DNA of 32,000 bases, taken from positions 1,110,001-1,142,000 of the forward strand of contig OZ245768.1 in NCBI GenBank assembly GCA_965227835.1, in the 5' to 3' direction. The notes beneath the pieces are model-generated. The model was not told the DNA's origin and searched no databases. It worked only from the letters and a program-made list of their open reading frames with translations. This document shows positions 17,635 to 29,753 of the stretch, piece by piece. Position numbers and translations under genes: made by a program. The stretch is from Candidatus Saccharimonadota bacterium. GTDB taxonomy: Bacteria > Patescibacteriota > Gracilibacteria > BD1-5 > UBA6164. Each line of letters starts with the position of its first letter. Positions within the stretch are counted from its first letter, which is position 1.

Positions 17635-19473
17635 TTATCTATCATATTTAGTTTTTAAATCTTTTAAATCTATTTCATATACAACTGGTCTTCAATGTGG
17701 ACAGGTAGAAGAATAGTTTAATATAGCATCATTTAATAGTTTATTCATTTCAAATAAACTCAGTTTATTACCAAATTTTATTGCACTTCTACAAGATGTA
17801 TATGCAAATATTTTGTTTCTTACTTCATCTAGAGTGTTTGATTTATTAAATCAGTGTTCTCATATATCTTCTATTACTCAGGTAAATATTTTAGCTATGT
17901 TTTCTTTTTGGATAAACTGCGGTATTCAATTTATCATAACAATTCATTTTGATAATATCTCAAAGTCAAATCACATTTCTATAAATATATCCTTGTTTTC
18001 TTCCAAAATACATAACTCTTGGCTTGTAAGTTTTATGCTTTCTCAAATTAATAATCATTGAGTTTGTGCTTTTTTGTCATTTTTGACCAATTTTTCGTAT
18101 ATTATTCTTTCTGCTAAGGCATGTTGATCTAATATCTGTAATCCATTTGATGTTTGAACAGCTATGTAGCTATTGTGTATTTGTCATATAATTCTTCATA
18201 TTGGGGTTTCGTGCAAATCATATTGCTTATTGTCTTGAATAGAATCTTTTTCGTCTTCTAGATCTTTGGAATATCAAGACATTATTCATTTTGAAAAATT
18301 TATAGCTTGATTTATTTTTGTTTGAGATGGATTTATAGATGTGTCTTTATATGGGGAATATGACTTAAATTTTGTTCAGGATCATATGTAGTAGTTTGGA
18401 GTGTTATCATTTATTCTGTTTTCTTTCGGTATCTCTTCTTCTCATTTTTCTAATCATAATGTATTAAAATTAGAGCCACTTAAACTTACATTACTTAATT
18501 TATTTTCTATGGCATTGTAAAATCATCTAAATATTTTAGATTCATCTGCAAACCTTATTTCTAGTTTTCTTGGATGAACATTTACATCAATTTGGGTTGG
18601 ATCAATTTCAATATTTAATATATAAGCTGGATATGATTTTGGAGCTATAAATCTGTTGTAAGCATCTGTTATTGACTTAAATATTAGAGGTGATCTAACT
18701 ATTCTTTTGTTTACAAAAAGGACTTGTTTGTTTTTGTTTGAGAATGATATTTTGGGGTCAGATATATAACCTGTTATTTTAAATCAAGGTATTTCATAAT
18801 CTATTTTTAATAGGTTTAGACTGAGTTCTTCTCAGTATATATTATAAATTCTTGTTTTTAACTCTTCTTCTTTTTTGTATTTAAATACATTTTTTCAATC
18901 ATTTTGAAATTCAAATCAAATTTCAGGATAGCTAAGAGATATTTGCTCTATAAATTCCTTTATTTTACTATACTCAGTTTGTGGTTTTTTTAAATAGTTG
19001 AGTCTGGCAGGGGTATTAAAAAATAGGTCTGATACTATTATCTTAGTTCAATTTTCTGATCATATTTTTCAAATATTTTTATCTTGTGTTCAGTTTGTTT
19101 CTAGGAAATATCAAAAGTTGGAATCTTTTGTTTTTGATATTATTTTAAATTTTGACACTGATGATATACTTGACAATGCTTCTCATCTAAATCAAAATGT
19201 CATAATATTATAGAGGTCTTGTATTGTTTTTATTTTAGATGTAGTATATTTTTCTAGTACTATAGATAGACTTTCTTCATCTATTCATTCTCAATCATCT
19301 GTAATGATTATTTCATCTATTCATCAATTTTTAATTTCTATTTTTATATTTTTAGTTCAAGAATCTATAGAATTTTCAACTAATTCTTTTACTACTGATA
19401 CAGGTCTCTCAACTACTTCTCATGCTGATATTTGGTTTGTGAGTGTTTTGTCTAGTTTTATTATTTTTGCCAT
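17635..19473 (-). CDS. mutL: DNA mismatch repair protein MutL, 612 aa
   Basis: Motifs are [55 protein letters not shown] and the C-terminal CPHGRP. ATG 19471-19473, TAA 17635-17637. Confidence 0.9.
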
Positions 19474-19592
19474 TTTTTTAATTTTTGATTATTTTTAATG
19501 TTTCTTTAAACTGTATTTTATAAATTCTTTATTTGATTCAAAATTTATTATTTTAGAGATTTTTCACAAGTTGGTATAATATTTAGTACAGC

Positions 19593-19629
19593 AAAAAAGA
19601 TTTCTTTAATTTTAAAGAAATCTTTTTTT
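19593..19629. terminator. Bidirectional terminator-like hairpin downstream of the 207-aa gene
   Basis: A 13-bp stem AAGATTTCTTTAA/TTAAAGAAATCTT (19597-19624) is flanked by A and T runs. Confidence 0.55.
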
Positions 19630-19654
19630 GGAAATTAGAAATAGGAGAATTAAA

Positions 19655-20278
19655 TTAATTTATTATATCAATAATATTTTTGGTGAAGTTAACATTTATT
19701 CTTTCAATTTTTCAGTGATTTTCATCTTCTCTGTTTATCCATTTTCAATCTATCATTAAAACTAAGCTACCTGAAATATTAACTATGTTTCAATCAAAAG
19801 AAAAACCATAATCCAATTCAATTCATTCTTGTTCATAAATTTGATAAATTAAATTACCTTTCATATCTTTATATTCTTCAAAGGGTATTGCTTTATAATT
19901 TTCTACATATGGAGATAATCATTTCAAGTCTTCTATTTCATATCTGTTAAATTTTTGAGGAATATCCATTCATAATAGACTATTAATTTGTTCAGTTGCA
20001 TGTTTATTTCTTACTCCTGTGTTTTGATCAAAAATTGCTGATACAATATCACTTTGCGTTAGCTTTTTATCTTTTGGTACTCATCTGATTCATCAATATA
20101 TATTTAGTTTATTTGTTGGATCACTAAACGATTCATATATTCTTCATGCTCTTCAATCTTCATTTGTAAGTTTATATCATAACTTACCAAGAGTTTCATC
20201 AATTAACCTTATATTTTCATTCAAAGATTCAACTCATTCGTTTGTACTTTCCGAAAAATTGTTTGATTCTATACTCAT
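19655..20278 (-). CDS. Hypothetical protein, 207 aa
   Basis: ATG 20276-20278 to TAA 19655-19657 with many in-frame TGA codons. It lies 75 nt downstream of the LysM protein gene. Confidence 0.5.
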
Positions 20279-20353
20279 AATTTATTTGTTTATATAATAA
20301 AATAGATTTTAAAGTTTAATTTTAAAATAATAGATTGATATTTTTAAATTTCT

Positions 20354-23197
20354 TTATCTTTCTTCCCTATATAACTCCAACAATTCATTTAGTTTTACTT
20401 GTACGTCCATTTTACTGTCTACTTTTCAAAGTTTCATGTCTATATCGTTCCAAAAATAGGATCAATCTAATTCAATTTTTAAAGCAACATTCCTCCCTTC
20501 GTGATTTCTACCTCATTTTATAACTACATCTTTTATTTCTCAATCCTCATTGGTATAATTTCATACAACTATTTTTCCATAATTACTTTTTAATTTTTTT
20601 ATTTCTTTAAGAAGAGTTTCGTCATCCATAGTTATTTTATTTATTTTGAAATCAATTCAGTCTAATCTTTCATCTGTACTTATTTCATCTGTAGTTGATT
20701 CATGGTTATCTTCCTCGGCATAATATCTTTCAAGTAGTTTATATAACCTTGTTCCTAAATGCCCTCTAATTGCTCACTCTCTTGCTCATCTCAATGAATC
20801 TATTTTTATTTCTTCATCTATAAACTTAGATCAATCTAACTGGATTCTAAGTCATTTTTCTTTTTCTCATACAACAAGTATTTCTCAAATACCTCAATCT
20901 TTTTTCTTATATCTTCATACAACTATTTCTCCGTAATAATCTCTCTTTTCAAGTTTTCTTATCCTTGAAATTTTTTCACTATCTACATCTATTACATTTA
21001 ATTTTACTTTTTCGTGATTTGCCTCTATTTCCATCTCTGTTTTTATAGGCATGACCCTAATATTTGAAATTAGTGTTGTTAATTCTTTTCTTTTTGTATT
21101 TAGTTCTGTTGTTGCAGTTTCAATTTCTTGAGAAGAAGCATTTCTATCTATAAGTGCTTTCAAATATGCCTTAGATTGCTTATAACTTCCTTCAGCAATA
21201 TCATATAATCTTTTATTTTCTATATATCTATCTGCTGATTTACTTGAATCCCCTGGAAATTTTGTTAAATTTCTAAGTTCTGCATCGTTAAGAAATCTTA
21301 CTCTTTCTGAAATTGCTGATTCTGCTTCATTTAAAATTCTTGTTCTTTCTGCTGTTGCTTCGACTTCTGATTGAATATTAGCTCTTAATTCTTGAATTCT
21401 TTGATTTACTCTTTGTGTTTGTGCTTGTGTTAAAATGTTTTCACCTCCAACTTTTATCTCTTTTAATTTTTCTAAAGAATCTATATCTTCTGTTCCTAAT
21501 ATATCTTCAAAATTATCGTTTACTGATTTTTTAATTTCTAAGTTAATATATCTTATATTGTTTGATAAAATTTGTTCTATAGGGAAATTACTAAAAATTT
21601 GTGTTTTAGTTTGATCATCCATTGGATCCAAAAAAGTAAGAGTTTCTGTAAGGTGTTCTCTGTCTTTTTTTAATGAGTCTATTCTTTCAAAAATAGAATC
21701 ATTTTGATTAAAAGAAACCATTTCAAAATTTGTTGCACTAGCATTAAGGTTTGCTATAAGTTGTGTTTTATTTTCAAATTTTAAACTTTCCGCAGATGCT
21801 ATATTTGAAAAATCTCTATATCTATCTTTGAGAACTTTTAAATGTTTTTTAAGATAATCTAATCTTTTTCATTCTTCTAAATTTCAATAATCTTCTTCAC
21901 TTATTATTTCTGATAAATAATTATCTCATAATACATTTGGAGTTCAAAGATTTACACCAATTGGCACAGTTATATCATCTTTTCAATCTACTTGACTTGA
22001 GCCATCTACTCATGGCTGTTGTGTTTGAGGATTAGCTATAGTAGCCTGTCAATCTGTTTGATTTTGTTCTATTGGTTCTTCAACTATTTGAGATTGTACT
22101 TGTGTTTGTAAATTAGCTATAATAGCAACTTCGTCTAATTCAACTGTTTGAACTTCTTGTTCTTGAGCAGGTTTAGGTATGGAGCCTAAACTATTTGGCA
22201 TTACAGGTAATTTAATTTTATCTCAAATCCGTAATACATCTCACTTTATTCAGTCTCTAAATTCTTTAGGGTCTTTATCTTTTCCAAGTCTTCTTGCCAT
22301 CTTACCATCATTTTGTGAATCAACTACATAATTAACCATTTTTGCTATCTGTGTATTATCTGTTAGTCAATAATGATCTCTTACTATTTTGAACAGTGTA
22401 TCTCATTTTTTTACAGTATAAATTGTTTCACTAGATATAGTTTCTACCTCCTCTGAATCACTTCAATTTTCAGTTAAATCATTTATTCTACCTATATTAT
22501 CGTCAAATATACTAGAATCTATTCAGCTGGAATTATTTGATACATTTTCTTCTTCTCACTCCCTTTGTTCCCAGTTACCTACCTTTGTTGTTTTTCTAGA
22601 ATTTCACATTCAAGTATTACGTTCATATTCTTTTTTTATTATTTCTCAGTTTTCATCATATCTCATCACAAATGTGTCCTTTCTTCAAAAACCATCAAAC
22701 CTTACTTGTATTTCTCAGTTTTTTATTATGACTCAGTGGAAATAGCTATTTTTATCTAAACTTGTATTAGAATCTGAAGTAATTCAATCATAAGTATAAT
22801 ATCTTAAATTATTTCTAGTATTAGATATAATATCTTCCCAGTTTGGAATCTTGTTTCAAAATTTTTCTACAAGAGATTTAAATCTATTATAGGATTCTTT
22901 ATCTATTGCAGAAAATCCGTTTTCTAAAATACTTGCAGATAACTCTTTTAATCATCTACCAGTTTCTCAATTAATATCTATTTTTCAATCCTCATAAGCT
23001 TCATCAATTACAGAAACTTCTTCAGGAGTTACTATTCAGTCATTTATAAGTTTATCTTTAAGTGCTTTTATATCTTCTTTATCATCTCAGTCAAAATCTT
23101 CCACAGATAAGCTAGGTTCACCACTTGGTGATGAATTAGCAAATGAGTTTTTTAAAAGAAAATTTAGTAAATTTTTATAGCTATTTATTGCAAACAT
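20354..23197 (-). CDS. Large (947 aa) LysM-domain protein with a coiled-coil region and two tandem C-terminal modules
   Basis: One frame runs from ATG 23195-23197 to TAA 20354-20356 and contains track ORF 20915..21721. The LysM-like segment is YTVKKGDTLFKIVRDHYGLTDN...GDKIKLP. The C-terminal repeats are YGEIVVGRYKKKDG...LRIQLDGSKF and YGKIVVGNYTNEDG...LKIELDGSYF. Confidence 0.7.
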
Positions 23198-23440
23198 ATT
23201 TTTTTATTATATATATAAATTTTTACATCCTTTTATTTACATTTTCAATTGTAACATATTTATAAAAGTATTTTCAAGTAAAATTAATTGACTATTTAGT
23301 ATTTTATTTTTTATTTAAAAATACATCCCGTTTTAAGATGTATTTTTATTTTTTGAGAATAATTTTTTCAAATTTATTTTCAAAGAAAAGTAGAAAGGTA
23401 GTTTAATAGTTGATAAAATAATAAATTTTTCAGCATCTCT

Positions 23441-24208
23441 TTAAGATCATGTTTCAAATTTCTTTTTTTCAAATATAACTACCGTAAGATAAAGTATTAT
23501 TATTAAGTAAAACAAAGAGTAAATTCCATTATAAAAAAAGAAACTATTTGGTAGCTCTACAAAACTTCCAATGTAGCTTTTTGTATTTAAAGCTTCGTAA
23601 GGAGGGAAAATAAGTTCTAGTGTTCTTGCTCAAAAAGATATTATTTCATTCTTACTTTTATTTACTAAGTCAATTAAGAGACTAAATGAATGTCAAACAA
23701 GATAGAATAACATTGATACAAGGATAGTTATTATATTTGACATAAAAGATCAAAAGAAAAATACAAGAGAAAGTAGCAATTCTAGTTTTAAGAATGTGAA
23801 TATTATTGAAATTATTATAAGGGAACTTATTTCTATTCCTTTTATATATAATACTCAAAAGTATAGGATGGATTGAAAAAATATTATAAGTAAAATAGCC
23901 AAACTAAAGCCTAAAAATTTTCATATTATAAACTCATATCTTCTTATAGGTTTACTAAGTATTAAAAATATAGTCTTTCATTCTATTTCTTTAAAAAGTA
24001 GCTGTGATCAGACAAAAAGCACTCCTATTATTCAAAATATTTCTATCATCCCCATTCCAAAATCTATGATAATTTTTTTGTCATTTCACATAGATAAGTT
24101 TCAAAGTATTATTGAAAATAGTATAAAAACAAAACCAAAAAAGATTATCATATAAAGAAACTTATTTCTAACTATTTCTCTGAATGTATTTAAAGTAATG
24201 TTAAACAT
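23441..24208 (-). CDS. ABC-2-type transporter permease (NosY/YhaP-like), 255 aa
   Basis: MFNITLNTFREIVRNKFLYMIIFFGF..., LLFKEIEGKTIFLILSKPIRRYEFIIGKFLG and about six hydrophobic segments. ATG 24206-24208, TAA 23441-23443. No adjacent ATPase gene was found. Confidence 0.6.
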
Positions 24209-24251
24209 AATATATAATTTAAAATTTTAATATCCTATATTTTCTAATTTT

Positions 24252-24384
24252 TTTGAGTTTAGATGTAAATATATCAAGAATGAAAGGTATAGGCTCCTTT
24301 TCTACTCTTAATGGTTTTACCTAAGGGGTCAAGATCCGAGCTTATCTCAATTACCACTAAAAAGCAAGGTATCAAGATACCCTG
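24252..24384 (+). repeat. Intergenic module, copy B (see 4784-4916)
   Basis: TTTGAGTTTAG is at 24252-24262, TAAGGGGTCAAGAT at 24322-24335, and the hairpin CAAGGTATC-AA-GATACCCTG at 24365-24384. Confidence 0.6.
24358..24384 (-). terminator. Terminator after fmt
   Basis: On the minus strand the hairpin CAGGGTATC-TT-GATACCTTG (8 of 9 pairs) is followed by CTTTTTAG. It lies 33 nt downstream of the fmt stop. Confidence 0.5.
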
Positions 24385-24416
24385 TTTAAGTAGTATTATA
24401 AAAATTATTTATTTTT

Positions 24417-25364
24417 TTACTCAAAAATATAGTTTAAAAATTCTTTATTTCAATTTATAAAAGAAAGTATATCAAGACTATTTTTTCATTCAAGTTTTAC
24501 TTTTTTTAAAACTAATATTTTTCCTCATTTCACCACAATTCATATAGTTTTTTTATCTATCTTACAAACACTTCATATTTCCTGTTTTCATAAATAATCT
24601 TGTAAGATCACCTCTTCAAAGTTTATCTTTTTTCAATTAAAAAAACTATATATTAAAGGCCATTTATAGTATGCTCTAAATTTATCATATATTTCAGTTC
24701 AATTTTGCTTTTTGAAAATGACTCTTCCGTCTTCTTTTTTTATTTTAGAACAATAACTTGCCTTGGAATCATCTTGTTTTAAAGGTTTCATTTCTCATTT
24801 TAAAATTTTTTCAAGTGTTTCTACCAAAGCTTTTGGAGCAATATTTTCAAATTTAGCAAAAATATCTGGTGTTTTATCATCACTTTCTATTTCTATTTCC
24901 TCTATTTTTAAAATATCTCATTCATCCATTTTTTCGTTCATATACATTATAGTTATTCCTGTTTTTTTATCTCAATTTTTTATTGCTTCTTGTATAGGGC
25001 TAGCTCATCTATAATTCGGCAATATACTTCCGTGTATATTTATACATCAACTCTTAGCTATACTAAGTATTTCTTTTGGTATTATTTTTCAGTATGAAAC
25101 AACAACAATAAAATCTAGGTTTAAATTTTTTAATTTTTCAAAAACATCTTTGTTTTCAAAAAGAGTTGTTGGTTGTATTACTTCAATACTTTTTTCTAGG
25201 CAAAAAGCTTTTAGTGGAGTTTCCAGTAAAATCTTTCTTCTTCATACGGGTTTATCTGCTTGTGAAACACCTAAAACTACATTCAGTTTAGTGAAATAAT
25301 CTTTTACAAGGGATTTTAATATATTCGCTGAAAAATCTCATGTTCAGAAAAATGCTATATTCAT
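24417..25364 (-). CDS. fmt: Methionyl-tRNA formyltransferase, 315 aa
   Basis: Motifs are MNIAFFGTGDFS, FIVVVSYGKIIP, NIHGSILPNYRGASPIQEAI, GITIMYMNEKMDEGDIL and ASYCSKIKKEDG. ATG 25362-25364, TAA 24417-24419. Confidence 0.85.
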
Positions 25365-25367
25365 ATT

Positions 25368-26045
25368 TTATTTTGTTAATTTTAATACTTCTGTTCTTCA
25401 GCTGTAGTCCTCAAATGTTAGTATTATTTCATTAATAGATTCATCATCTCAAAATATTTTTTTTCAAAGTATACTTTTTATTTTAAGCTCACTTGAATTA
25501 CTATTTCCTCAATATTCTATATTTTTCAATATTGTATCTTTTTTTTCGTTGAAATAATTAAAAATTATTGTATTTAGTTCAGTTCAAGAAAAACTTCACA
25601 TTATTTTGTATTCTCAGTAATCTTCCAAACTTCCTGTAAAATAATTATTATGCCCTACATCTTCTTCTTTTTGAAATTTGTATGATTTGTAATATTTAAT
25701 TGATCAAGTTCCAGAATTTGTTCAACTAAAACTAAATTTTCAAATACCCTCATTGTTTAAATCTTCAAAATCCAAGACTAAATCTAAATCAAAAATATTT
25801 TGATTTGAGTAAAAGAAGTTTTTATCCTTTACAAGCACTATCTCATAATCAAATATTTCTCTGTTATTTATTTTTTCATCTAAGGAGTCAAAACTATCTT
25901 TTATATTTGCTATATTTTTTTTAAGTTCTGTTTCATCTATAAACTTTGTAAAATAAAATACTGTTCAGCTAAAAACTAAGGTCATAATAGAAACAACTAC
26001 CATTAGTTCTATGAGACTAAAACCAAATTTTCTTATTTTCTTCAT
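25368..26045 (-). CDS. Type IV pilin/pseudopilin-like protein with a prepilin N-terminal methylation motif, 225 aa
   Basis: The N-terminus MKKIRKFGFSLIELMVVVSIMTLVF fits G/F(S/T)LxE plus a hydrophobic helix. ATG 26043-26045, TAA 25368-25370 (3 nt before fmt). Confidence 0.7.
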
Positions 26046-27094
26046 ATTTTTTTAGTAAAAAGTGTTATTATCTCGTTTATAAATATAACCACAAATACTA
26101 TTATTATAAATACAATTATTTTTCAAATTTTATCAAGAAAAAGTGAGGTTATTCAGAAAAAAAATGATAGTGAGAATATAATAGTTAAAACCTGCTTTTT
26201 ACTTAATCATATATCTATAAGTCTATGATGAAGGTGTGTAAAATCTCATTTTAGAGGATTTTTTTTACAGTATATTCTTTTTAATATTACATATATAGAA
26301 TCCACACTATATATTCAAAAAACTACAAGAACTGTTGCTATTTTTCATCCAGATATTATTGCAAGAGAGGCTAACATAAATCATAAAAACATAGTTCCCG
26401 TATCTCACATAAGTATTTTTTCTTTTATATCAAAAATCCAAAAAGGTATTAAAATTCAAACTAATATTATCGCAAGTTGCATTATAAATTTAGCATTTTC
26501 TACTCATCATTCATAATTATCTCTGCTAAATAAAACTGCTCACAAGATAAAAAGTATTAAAAAAGATATTATTCAAAGTCATGATGTATTTCACTGTATT
26601 CAGTCTGTCCAATTCAAAGAGTTAAATATAAATACATACCATAAGATAGTGAAAATCAAAGGTATTATATATATGGTGTAGTCAAAAATCTGAAAATTGT
26701 ATGTTTCAAGGTTTATTATTCAACCAAAAATATTGCTTATATATCCTATTTTTATTGATGTTAATCAGATTACTGCTCATATAATTATTTGTATAACTAG
26801 CCTTATTTTTGCACTTAGTTTAAATCTGTCATCTATAAAACTTATTATTGTTATCACAGATCCAAATAACCAAAGCAGATAAAGTTTGTAGTTATGTTCT
26901 ACAAAAAAGTAACTTACAAAAATAAAAACTATACAAAAAATTATCCCCATAGAATAAGGAATTGGCTCTCTTTTTTTATTGTATTTTGAAGGGTTATCTA
27001 CTATCTTCAAACGATAAAATAGCTTAATAAAAAATATTATTAAGCTGTATGACAGCAATACTGAAACTAAAAATGTTATTAATATATCAAGCAT
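26033..27094 (-). CDS. Polyprenyl-phosphate N-acetylhexosamine-1-phosphate transferase (GT4 MraY/WecA family, WecA/TagO-like), 353 aa
   Basis: Motifs are IDDRFKLS, FNSLNWTDGIQG, MGDTGTMFLGF and VDSIYVILKR...GDFTHLHHRL. Track ORF 26777..27094 extends through TGA codons to TAA 26033-26035 and overlaps the pilin gene start by 13 nt. Confidence 0.75.
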
Positions 27095-27366
27095 AAGTTT
27101 TTTAGAAATATACTACATTTTTCCATATTTTTTGCTTTTATTTTACAGCTGTAAGTATAGCTTTGGTATTTTTTAAATCAAATTTTGTTTGAGTTTTTTA
27201 AGCTTAGCTTTATAATAACTCCTAAATACTTCAGTTCTTCCTCAAAATAGCAATTATTGTAGGAACATCTGCAAAATTACTTCTTTATGACAAAAGTAGA
27301 GATTTTTTAGATAATTTTTACGAATAAAATTTTTTGTTTAGTTATTCTAATACAAAAATCTCTCTG

Positions 27367-28251
27367 GTGAAAATTAGCAAAAAAGATTATTTTTTCATAT
27401 ATGTTAATTTTGCAAATGTCTATATAGTTTGGTTTATATAATTAATTTTAAAATCTTTGTATCCATTTATTGATATTTACTGATACAGAATATATATTTT
27501 TGGGATAGTTCTTCTTTTATCCTTTTTCATATTTTTTTATATACTTAAAAAACTTAGAGATAGACACAGCTTTGATGTAAGAATATTTACAAATAATTCC
27601 CTTTGGTACTTTTTGTCCATATTCTTTTTTTCAAGGCTTTTTTATGTTATTTCTAGATGGCATGATTTGAAATATATAGAAGATTTTGGACAGTTTTTTA
27701 TAACTACTGATTATGACTTTTCCTTGTTTTGAGCTATGTTTTGATTCTTACTAGTATTTTTCATAAATATAAGACTTAGAAGAGAAAAATTGGTAAAATA
27801 TATAGATTCTATAGTTTTAGCTTTCCTACTAGCTGTATCTATTTGATATATATGAGCACTCTTTTGATGACAAGTTTATGGTAGTTCTACAAATATATGA
27901 ATAGAAATATCTTATAACAGTCCATTCTCTCCAATATCATCTACACCTGTATTTCCTCTAGCACTGGTTTATTCCTTGATTTTTTTTATAGAATTTGCTG
28001 TTTTATATATTCTTTCAATGTATATAAAAATCAAAGGTTTTATATGATATATATGACTTTTAATTTTCTGACTGACTATATTGGTTTTTGAAAATTTTTC
28101 GGGGAAACATGATATTTTTAATAGTCTAGTTTTTTTAAATATGAACCAAATTTTATCTATATTTTTAATGGTTTTTAGTTTTTACAGGCTATACTCTTTA
28201 TCCAAAATTTCATCTAAAGATACTTCTGTTATAATAAATCACAACGAGTAA
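27367..28251 (+). CDS. lgt: Prolipoprotein diacylglyceryl transferase-like membrane protein
   Basis: SRLFYVISRW..., the conserved-block equivalent IGYIGALFGGQVYGSSTNIGIEISY, and PVFPLALVYSLIFF. The frame is open from 27328 and ends at TAA 28249-28251. There is no in-frame ATG near the 5' end, so the start is tentatively GTG 27367 (alternatives are TTG 27334 or 27430). Confidence 0.55.
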
Positions 28252-28259
28252 TAAAAATT

Positions 28260-29753
28260 ATGTGAGGAGGTTTTTCAAAAAATATATTTTTAAACATTTT
28301 TCTCACTTCTTTTTTATCATGAATTTTTCTAAATAACATCTTTTGAAACTATGTTTTATCCCTACTATCACTAGCTTTTTTATTGGTATTTTTGATTAAT
28401 TTAATAATGTATCTAGGAAACTATAAAAGCTATATAGTTTGCCTTTTTGTTATTATCTTATCTTTCTTTTTTTGAGTTTTAACTTCAAACCACAATCTAA
28501 ATATTATAGAAAAAAATAGAGATTTCCTAAAAGCTTATGATTCGGGATTTAATCATAACTTAACTTTTGAAATAAGAGATGTATATAAAATAAAAACTTA
28601 TGAAATAGAGTTTCTTGCCAAACTAAAAAACATAAATGGTCTAGATTTAGATGTAGAAAAAAATATTTTATCAATTGTGAAAATAGCAAAAAATTATGAA
28701 ATTGAAAAATGAGATATTATTACAAGCAGAGCTAGGGTTGAGTTGATAAAAAACTTCAACGATTTTGATTACAAAAACTTCTTACTTTCAAAAAATATTT
28801 ACTTTAGATCATATCTTCCTTTTATAGAAAGGACTTGAAAAATAAATCCTAGTTTTATACTACAATACATAGCTAATGTTAGACAAAAATCTTTGGACAT
28901 AATATATGGAATGTATCCTAAAAATGAAGCTATTTTTCTTGCTTGAATATTACTTTGAGCTAGAGAAAGTTTACCAGAAGATGTTAAAAATAATTTTAAT
29001 AATTCTTGATTAACTCACTTTATAGCTGTTTCTGGTTTTAATATAACTATACTTGTTATTTTCTTTAGTTTTGTTTTCAAATTTTTACCTGTTTTTTTAA
29101 GAGTTATATGAATTACTTCTGTTATAGTAGCTTTTACCTTTTTAGTTTGAGATACTGCTCCTGTTGTTAGAGCCTCTATAATGGGTCTTATCGCTTATTA
29201 TATAATGATGTCTGGGAGAAAATCTGCTAATTTTACTATTCTTTTGCTTACTGCCTTTATTATGTCCCTTTTTTCTCCTCTTATTTTAAACTATGATGTA
29301 AGCTTTGCCTTATCTTTCTTGGCTGTTTTAGGTATACTTTATACTCAAAATTTTTGGGAAAAAGTTTTTAGATTTATGCCTAAAATTTTTGCTATAAAAG
29401 AAGCTTTTGTTTTGACTATGGCAGCACTTGTTTTTACTTTACCAATAATGCTTTTCAACTTTGGGCAGGTTTCAGTTTTGGCTCCTATTTCAAATGTTTT
29501 GGTTACTTGGACTATACCTATAGCTATGCTTTTGTGATTTTTATCGGTAATTTTTTATTTGGTATTTCCTCTCTTTTGATATTTAATTTGATATTTTGCA
29601 TGGATTTTTTTGAAATGGGATATGCTTGTTGTGGAGTTCTTTTGAACCAAAGATTTTAGTGTACTTAAATATGATTTTTGAGAAAACTCTTTATATCTTC
29701 AAATACTTTATTTTGTTATTATAGTTTTTTTAGTTTTGTTTTTTAGATGATAG
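28260..29753 (+). CDS. comEC: ComEC/Rec2-family DNA internalisation channel (core domain only), 497 aa
   Basis: Motifs are FNNSGLTHFIAVSGFNITIL, GDTAPVVRASIMG (contains track ORF 29181..29537) and FALSFLAVLGI. ATG 28260, TAG 29751-29753. At this length there is no room for a C-terminal metallo-beta-lactamase domain. Confidence 0.8.

Noticed and set aside
19566-19629. An extended -10 (TGGTATAAT) on the plus strand followed by a terminator about 20 nt later, which could be a tiny sRNA gene.
   Set aside because: The predicted transcript would be only about 45 nt, and no -35 is present. The hairpin is better explained as the terminator of the minus-strand 207-aa gene.
23318-23346. Hairpin AAAATACATC-N9-GATGTATTTT as a terminator for the ABC permease gene.
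   Set aside because: The T-rich tail is on the plus strand, where no upstream gene exists. On the minus strand the hairpin is followed by an A-rich tract, so its function is unclear.
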